Below are positions 58,980-64,000 of a stretch of DNA of 64,000 nt, in pieces. Position numbers and translations under genes: made by a program. Origin of the DNA: Eledone cirrhosa (lineage: Eukaryota); assembly GCA_964016885.1 (NCBI GenBank), contig OZ024753.1, positions 17,360,001-17,424,000 on the forward strand, given 5' to 3'. Position 1 is the first letter of the stretch. Every line of letters starts with the position of its first letter. The notes beneath the pieces are model-generated. The model worked only from the letters and a program-made list of their open reading frames with translations. It was not told the origin of the DNA and did not search any database.

Positions 58980-61240
58980 CATAGAACAGAGACACATAGT
59001 GTAGTGGTATAGTAACAGACATAGTGTAGTGATGTAGTAACAGAGATAGTGTAGTAGTATAGTAACAGAGACATAGTGTAGTGATATAGTAACAGATATA
59101 GTGTAGTGATATAGTAACAGAGGCATAGTGTAGTGGTATAGTAGCAGAGATAGTGTATGATATAGTAACAGATACATAGTGTAGTGGTATAGTAACAGAC
59201 ATAGTGTAGTGGTATAGTAACAGACATAGTGTAGTGGTATAGTAACAGACATAGTGTAGTGGTATAGTAACAGATACATAGTGTAGTGGTATAGTAACAG
59301 AGATAGTGTATGATATAGTAACAGATACATAGTGTAGTGGTATAGTAACAGACATAGTGTAGTGGTATAGTAACAGTCATAGTGTAGTGGTATAGTAACA
59401 GACATAGTGTAGTGGTATAGTAACAGTCATAGTGTAGTGGTATAGTAACAGACATAGTGTAGTGATATAGTAACAGATATAGTGTAGTGATATAGTAACA
59501 TAGTGTAGTGGTATAGTAAGAGTCATAGTGTAGTGGTATAGTAACAGACATAGTGTAGTGATATAGTAACAGACATAGTGTAGTGATATAGTAACAGACA
59601 TAGTGTAGTGGTATAGTAACAGAGACGTAGTGTAGTGGTATAGTAACAGAGACGTAGTGTAGTGATATAGTAACAGAGACATAGTGTAGTGGTATAGAAA
59701 CAGAGACGTAGTGTAGTGATATAGTAACAGAGACATAGTGTAGTGGTATAGTAACAGACATAGTGTAGTGGTATAGTAACAGACATAGTGTAGTGGTATA
59801 GTAACAGAGACGTAGTGTAGTGATTAGTAACATAGTGTAGTGATATAGTAACAGATATAGTGTAGTGGTATAGTAACAGACATAGTGTAGTGGTATAGTA
59901 ACAGATATAGTGTAGTGGTATAATAACAGATATAGTGTAGTGGTATAGTAACAGACATAGTGTAGTGGTATAGTAACAGATATAGTGTAGTGGTATAGTA
60001 ACAGACATAGTGTAGTGGTATAGTAACAGATATAGTGTAGTGGTATAGTAACAGATATAGTGTAGTGGTATAGTAACAGACATAGTGTAGTGGTATAGTA
60101 ACAGATATAGTGTAGTGGTATAGTAACAGACATAGTGTAGTGGTATAGTAACAGATATAGTGTAGTGGTATAGTAACAGTCATAGTGTAGTGGTATAGTA
60201 ACAGATATAGTGTAGTGGTATAGTAACAGACATAGTGTAGTGGTATAGTAACAGACATAGTGTAGTGGTATAGTAACAGAGATAATGTAGTGATATAGTA
60301 ACAGATATAGTGTAGTGATATAGTAACAGTCATAGTGTAGTGGTATAGTAACAGTCATAGTGTAGTGGTATAGTAACAGATATAGTGTAGTGATATAGTA
60401 ACAGTCATAGTGTAGTGATATAGTAACATAGTGTAGTGGTATAGTAACAGTCATAGTGTAGTGATATAGTAACATAGTGTAGTGATATAGTAACAGAGAT
60501 AGTGTAGTGATATAGTAACAGAGACATAGTGTAGTGATATAGTAACATAGTGTAGTGATATAGTAACATAGTGTAGTGGTATATTAACAGTCATAGTGTA
60601 GTGGTATAGTAACATAGTGTAGTGGTATAGTAACAGTCATAGTGTAGTGGTATAGTAACAGACATAGTGTAGTGATATAGTAACATAGTGTAGTGGTATA
60701 GTAACAGTCATAGTGTAGTGGTATAGTAACAGACATAGTGTAGTGATATAGTAACAGTCATAGTGTAGTGGTATAGTAACAGATATAGTGTAGTGGTATA
60801 GTAACAGTCATAGTGTAGTGGTATAGTAACAGACATAGTGTAGTGGTATAGTAACAGAGACGTAATGTAGTGATATAGTAAGAGTCATAGTGTAGTGGTA
60901 TAGTAACAGACATAGTGTAGTGATATAGTAACAGAGACGTAGTGTAGTGATATAGTAACAGAGACGTAATGTAGTGATATAGTAACAGTCATAGTGTAGT
61001 GGTATAGTAACAGACATAGTGTAGTGGTATAGTAACAGTCATAGTGTAGTGGTATAGTAACAGACATAGTGTAGTGGTATAGTAACAGAGACGTAATGTA
61101 GTGATATAGTAAGAGTCATAGTGTAGTGGTATAATAACAGACATAATGTAGTGATATAGTAACAGATATAGTGTAGTGATATAGTAACAGTCATAGTGTA
61201 GTGGTATAGTAAGAGTCATAGTGTAGTGATATAGTAATAC
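58980..61240. repeat. 25-bp tandem satellite (about 90 copies)
   Basis: Unit CATAGTGTAGTGGTATAGTAACAGA. Confidence 0.95.
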
Positions 61241-61362
61241 ACATATAAGGACCTGTGTAGTGATATACTAACACACATATGGACCTGTGTAGAAACACAT
61301 CGTTATTGACGTTGGATGAATACATTTCTAAATGCACTTTTCCATTACTAAAATATAGTATA

Positions 61363-61865
61363 CTAGCAGTGGTACCCGGCGTTACACGGGATAAGGTATT
61401 TTGGAACGCGGACCGCCAACAGACCTAATCGTGGAATAACTCCATGCCTGGACAATATGTAAAGAAAATAAACCGAATACTCTGATGGCTGGATAATCTT
61501 TAAGATTTTTCTCGATGAAGCAGGAAAAATGCAGGTTTTCACCTAATGCGGGCCCTAGGGGATCAAGAAAAGGAATTTGTTTTATGTGCATAATATGCCT
61601 TGAAATGTCGGGAAAATCGGCTAGACGTAACGCTTCAAAAAAACCTAAAAAGCTGAAAAAACTCAGTATTTTACCAGATCCTAGGGGATCAAAAAGTTGA
61701 ATCTTTTAATGTGCATAACACTCCCTGAAACATAAGTAATACACATGTAAAGTTTGAAAAAAATCGGTTGGGTACTTCTCGAGTTTTATGGATTCAAACT
61801 CACACACACACACATGCACACACACACACGCACATACAGACATCCTCAGTTTAATATATATAGAT
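61363..61865 (-). mobile_element. Non-autonomous Helitron-like element
   Basis: On the minus strand: 5' (A)TCTATATATA start, internal (GT)n, subterminal hairpin CCCG..CCGGG and 3' CTAG(T) end. Confidence 0.55.
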
Positions 61866-61881
61866 ATGATGTCTGTGTGTG

Positions 61882-61943
<62 letters not shown>

Positions 61944-62458
61944 CAATCAGATTGGAGGTGGTAAAAACCAGGAGGACCATTACTCACCAGAGTACTCGAT
62001 ACTATGGTAGTAGAGCGGGTATTATGAAACAATTCAGGACACCGACAGCTGAGCTCCGGCCGTTCAACAGCTAGATCTGAACTGAATCGCCGAGGTTCGG
62101 GCGGCGGGAAAATAGCTGACATCGACAGATGGTTGTGGTGCAGGGGGTAGGGGACGAGTCCATATATACTCAGTCAGTCTGTACATAAAAACGTGTTTAA
62201 AGTTCTGTTTTTTTTTCGGGTCGTGGTCAGTGTTTACCAACTTTACTACCCCAAGTATCGAGTCGGGCTAGATCGGTACAGATCGAACCTTGAGCTGATC
62301 AGTGGCGAAACGCGCGTCACCAACCAATAAACTTAATGAAGGAGTAACCACTCTTCCTTGTTTTATTTTATTATAATACACTCTGTATAGCTCTACACCT
62401 CATCACAGAAGTGAACCTAAACATGGAGTGCTCACCCCGGTGAACCTACAGTAACGCC

Positions 62459-62550
<92 letters not shown>

Positions 62551-62740
62551 TAGCATGACCTGGAAGACCACAAATCTGGGTAGTAATCAATGAATGATGA
62601 AATTCAGAGTGGATAGATTGGTCAGTTAGAATCCAATATTCGAGACAAACTGTTTTAACCTGTTTCTAAAATTATTTTCAACAAAACTGACCAAAATACA
62701 GAGAATCAATGAACCAATATAAAATATGTGTGTTTATATT

Positions 62741-62782
<42 letters not shown>

Positions 62783-62919
62783 ATATGCACACAAATATAT
62801 ATATATGATATATGTATATATATATAAGAGCATATATATTTATATATGTATATATATATACATATACATATATATCTATCTAGAGCGGGTAAAATTCCCG
62901 AGATCCATGGACGAGGTCT

Positions 62920-63222
62920 CTTCAGCGGTCTCTGTCCCTCATTATCGCTGCCATGTCCTGCGCCTCCCATAGGGCATCAACATATGTCAACCTCGTTCTC
63001 CCTCTTCTAGTGTGTCCGTGTAGGGGCTCCCATAGGAACACTGAGTGCAGTGTCAACTCTGAATGTCGCTGAGTATGTTCAGCTAACCTCAGTCTCCTCT
63101 GTGTTACTTTTGAGCTGACTTTTGGGAGGCTCCCGTACAGCTCTGAGTTCTTGATCCTCAGTGTATACTGATTAATGCTCACAGCCATCCTCAGCATTCT
63201 CGTGTAGCACCCTTCCATCATC
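62920..63222 (-). mobile_element. RTE-like LINE 3' fragment
   Basis: EGCYTRMLRMA...NSELYGSLPKVSSKVTQRRLRLAEHTQRH...LWEPLHGHTRRGRTRLTYVDAL, a post-RT C-terminal region. Confidence 0.8.
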
Positions 63223-63376
63223 TGTATGTGTGTATGTATATATATGTGTGTTTGTATGTGTGTGTGTGTGTATGTGTGTGTGTGTGTGTCTATGTGTGTA
63301 TGATAGATAGCTAAAACCTCAATCTTTCTATTGTTTTATATATCTTTTAACACTTAAACATTATTTTTAAATCCAG

Positions 63377-63474
63377 CTTGTAACTTCCAAGGAAAAGTAT
63401 ACCAAAATGGAACGGAATGGTTCTCAAATGTAATGCTTTTAGGAGAACCCCACTGTGGGACGTGCATATGTTTG
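63377..63474 (+). CDS. chrd: Chordin exon, first half of VWC4
   Basis: aatccag|CT...TTG|gtgcgt, phase 1 to 0. (A)CNFQGKVYQNGTEWFSNVMLLGEPHCGTCICL. The gene continues beyond the window. Confidence 0.87.
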
Positions 63475-63670
63475 GTGCGTAAATATTTTATTAAAACATT
63501 CTCATTGTTTTATTGTCTATTTTATATTCTGTTGTTGAACTTCCGTCGCGCTAGAGCGGGTAAATCGCCATTTGTTAAACAGTAACATCCATAGTGATAG
63601 GCTCTACTGATCACAGCGTAGTCATCCTGCATACTAAATGAACATGTGGTAGTTGTAATAGGAACTAGAT

Positions 63671-63865
63671 CAGTGTAGTACTCTGTATATTAAAGGAAGT
63701 TGCAATAGGTTTAAGGGAAAATAGTGCAGTGTAGTACTCTGTATATTAAAGGAAGTTGCAATAGGTTTAAGGGAAAATAGTGCAGTGTAGTACTCTGTAT
63801 ATTAAAGGAAGACGTAGAAAATTTAAGGGGAAATAGCATAACGTAGTATTCCGCATATTAAATAC
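63671..63865. repeat. 56-bp tandem repeat (about 3.5 copies)
   Basis: CAGTGTAGTACTCTGTATATTAAAGG at 63671, 63727 and 63783. Confidence 0.85.
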
Positions 63866-64000
63866 CCATGTATAGACATGCCAAATAGTTAAGAAGTTTG
63901 CTCTGCAATCATGAGGTTCCGAGTTGAAGGTCATTGTTAGACAACTACATCTGATACTTTTTACTTCAACTTAGGACCGAACCACATCTTCCGATGAATT

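Noticed and set aside
58843-61219. Tyr/His/Thr-rich ORFs up to 498 aa
   Set aside because: 25-bp satellite artefact.

Overview
Eukaryotic, AT-rich, microsatellite-saturated genomic DNA. The SINE content and repeat style suggest a cephalopod mollusc such as Octopus (inference). The window holds the 3' half of one plus-strand gene, chordin/short gastrulation. Eight phase-compatible GT-AG exons (6606-6841, 8981-9094, 12121-12300, 17340-17433, 32029-32174, 45540-45648, 46957-47022, 63377-63474) encode the last CHRD domain, VWC2, VWC3 and the start of VWC4. Almost all long ORFs in the supplied track are repeat artefacts. The introns contain two tRNA-derived SINE families, RTE and R4/Dong LINE remnants, hAT-like MITEs, a Helitron-like element and several local satellites. 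The most notable signal is about 20 type I hammerhead ribozyme motifs (CUGANGA...GAAA...NUH with closing stems). They sit in at least six sequence-distinct families of short elements inserted in (TA)n tracts, mostly as fold-back inverted duplications, and they share a 3' ACTC...GAGTRC stem-loop. Two adjoin Penelope-like GIY-YIG endonuclease remnants. A second highlight is a roughly 100-copy 26-bp satellite that matches a chordin exon/intron donor junction.
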